NCBI RefSeq assembly: GCF_030684315.1
Contig: NC_081390.1
Span: 14,880,001-14,944,000 of the forward strand
Direction: 5' to 3'
Source of the DNA: Stegostoma tigrinum
Lineage: Eukaryota
Length of the DNA stretch: 64,000 nucleotides
Below, piece by piece: positions 62,310 to 64,000 of the stretch; the first letter of the stretch is position 1; each line of letters starts with the position of its first letter. The notes beneath the pieces are model-generated. The model worked only from the letters and a program-made list of their open reading frames with translations, did not search any database and was not told the origin of the DNA. Made by a program: the position numbers and the translations under genes.

Positions 62310-62688
62310 TGGTTGATGTGGGATTATTTCTTCTCTGATTCTGAAAAGTCTGTGTTCATATCTAACTTTAGATCTTCAACTCATAATCTGGTGTAGTGCT
62401 GAGGAGATGCAGCTCTGTTAAAGACTCTAATTATCAGCTGGATCATTTCCAATCAGATTATCCCAGTGTCATGGCCAACATTCATTCTTCAACTAATACT
62501 GTCAAAACGTCTAATTAGCTGGGATGTATTTCATTTACGGTTTGTGTTTGTGGGATTTTGTTCCGTGCAGATTTCTGACATGCTTACATACAACAATGAC
62601 AACATTTCAAAAGTAAATCTTTGGATTGAAAAATTTTAAAATATGCTGAGATTGTGCTAAGATGCCACGTAAAAGTTTGTTTCTTCAT
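62310..62688 (+). mobile_element. Deu-domain SINE, degraded
   Basis: cccagtgtcatggccaacattcattcttcaac...tgtttgtgggattttg...caacaatgacaacatttcaaaagta. Confidence 0.55.
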
Positions 62689-62794
62689 GTAGGAGATGAC
62701 ATGTTGAGGGCTAACAAACTGTTCAAATGTGGGGTTAGTTGAAGGTCTCAATCCTATCCTTGTTCAGTCTGTATAAACACATCGCTCTCGCTCT

Positions 62795-62817
62795 CACGCG
62801 CGCGCGCGCGCACACAC
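62795..62817. repeat. (CG)7 flanked by (CA)n, alternating purine-pyrimidine tract
   Basis: cacgcgcgcgcgcgcgcacacac. Confidence 0.9.
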
Positions 62818-64000
62818 CTGTGCATATGTGAACACACACAACTTTCCACCTGGACTGTCTAATATCAATCAGGAGGGACTCTAATTATGTGAACATCCCA
62901 GTGGGGTTAATTTCAGTGCCCCTGCTTCCATCCCATCTGAGACAATTTTCACTTAATTCATACTGCATTCATTTTAAATGAACTCTCTTTAAAAAATAAG
63001 ATGGAATTTGAAATGGGCTACCCATTCACTGTTGTCTTTGTTGTGCTACCACCTAAGACAAGGATTAGCCTTTAATATCGTTAGCCATTGATATTCTGGA
63101 TCTGACTATTTTCTTTATTAGACTGCCTCAGTGACTTCAAATCTTTGACTACAGCCTTCATCAATGCAACTAAACAGACCCTTGTTGGATCTATTTTTTT
63201 AAGAAAGACAATGCTCAGTATATCACGTACTTGCTTTCACTATTGAATATGTGAACTCAATAATGTACTGTGAGGGAGTTTGATTTTTCTACTCCTTTCA
63301 GCTGGTTCCTTCAACTTGACTTCCTTTTGCCTCAAGTATTTTGGATTAGTATCCAGAACTATTGAGAAATTTGCTTATAGAGTTTAACAGCAAGAAATAT
63401 TTTCTTGTCAGGTCCAGCTGGACCATGCTTTCAGTCATATGCAGGCTGTGTTGTTATTGTGATTGTAAAGATTGCAAGATGTCCTTGATCACAGCACTGT
63501 GTTATTGGCATTCTGTTGTTTCACTCAATCTTAGCAACACATGCTAAAAAGTGCGAACAGTAATCCAGATATTTTCCCACAGGGAACTGGGGATAGATGG
63601 TAGGTACCTTTCCCATGCCTCTTGATGTCAAATTTTAGCTAATCATTAGCATGGGTATGTGAATAATACTGTTGCAAATGATGTGTTTCAAGGAAGAAGA
63701 TCAAGAGGGGCAAGAGCAAAATTCTTCAGGCATCTCTTCGTCAACCAGAGACAAAATAAATGATAAACTGATACAAAATTATTTTGTAAAGAATAACATC
63801 AAAGTGCCTCTGATACTGTCTTATGATTTGTACCTTGCTGAATCCGTCAGTAACCTTTTCAAGTTAGTTCCTCAGATAGAAACATGCCACTGACCAATGT
63901 AACCATGCATGCTTTTGAATTTTGCAACATTATAATGTCCTCACACATGTTGGTGCCTCATGCACAACAAATCAGATGTTAGAAAATTTTTCAAAGGCAC

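Overview
Eukaryotic, AT-rich and repeat-dense genomic DNA, most likely from a shark. The inference rests on HE1/V-SINE-like and Deu-domain SINEs and elasmobranch-type CR1 LINEs. I found no conventional multi-codon host exon, and almost every ORF in the track is a transposon remnant, an antisense shadow or chance. The window reads as a large intron or gene desert containing CR1-type LINEs (two families), L2, RTE and Rex1/Babar fragments, several tRNA-derived SINEs, probable solo LTRs and TE-poor blocks that look like conserved non-coding DNA. The most striking content is a swarm of Penelope-like element (PLE) insertions from about four sequence families. They carry minimal hammerhead ribozyme motifs (CTGAnGA-stem II-GAAA-palindromic tetramer). 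Many are short fold-back copies with a ~33-35 nt tail on one arm only and 11-18 bp target-site duplications. Other leads are a ~3 kb LINE whose 5' end is a tRNA-SINE head and body (the SINE looks like its internal-deletion derivative), a candidate 3-nt microexon, and a 124-bp locally templated duplication. Boundaries of old repeats are approximate, and family names come from motif recognition, not database searches.
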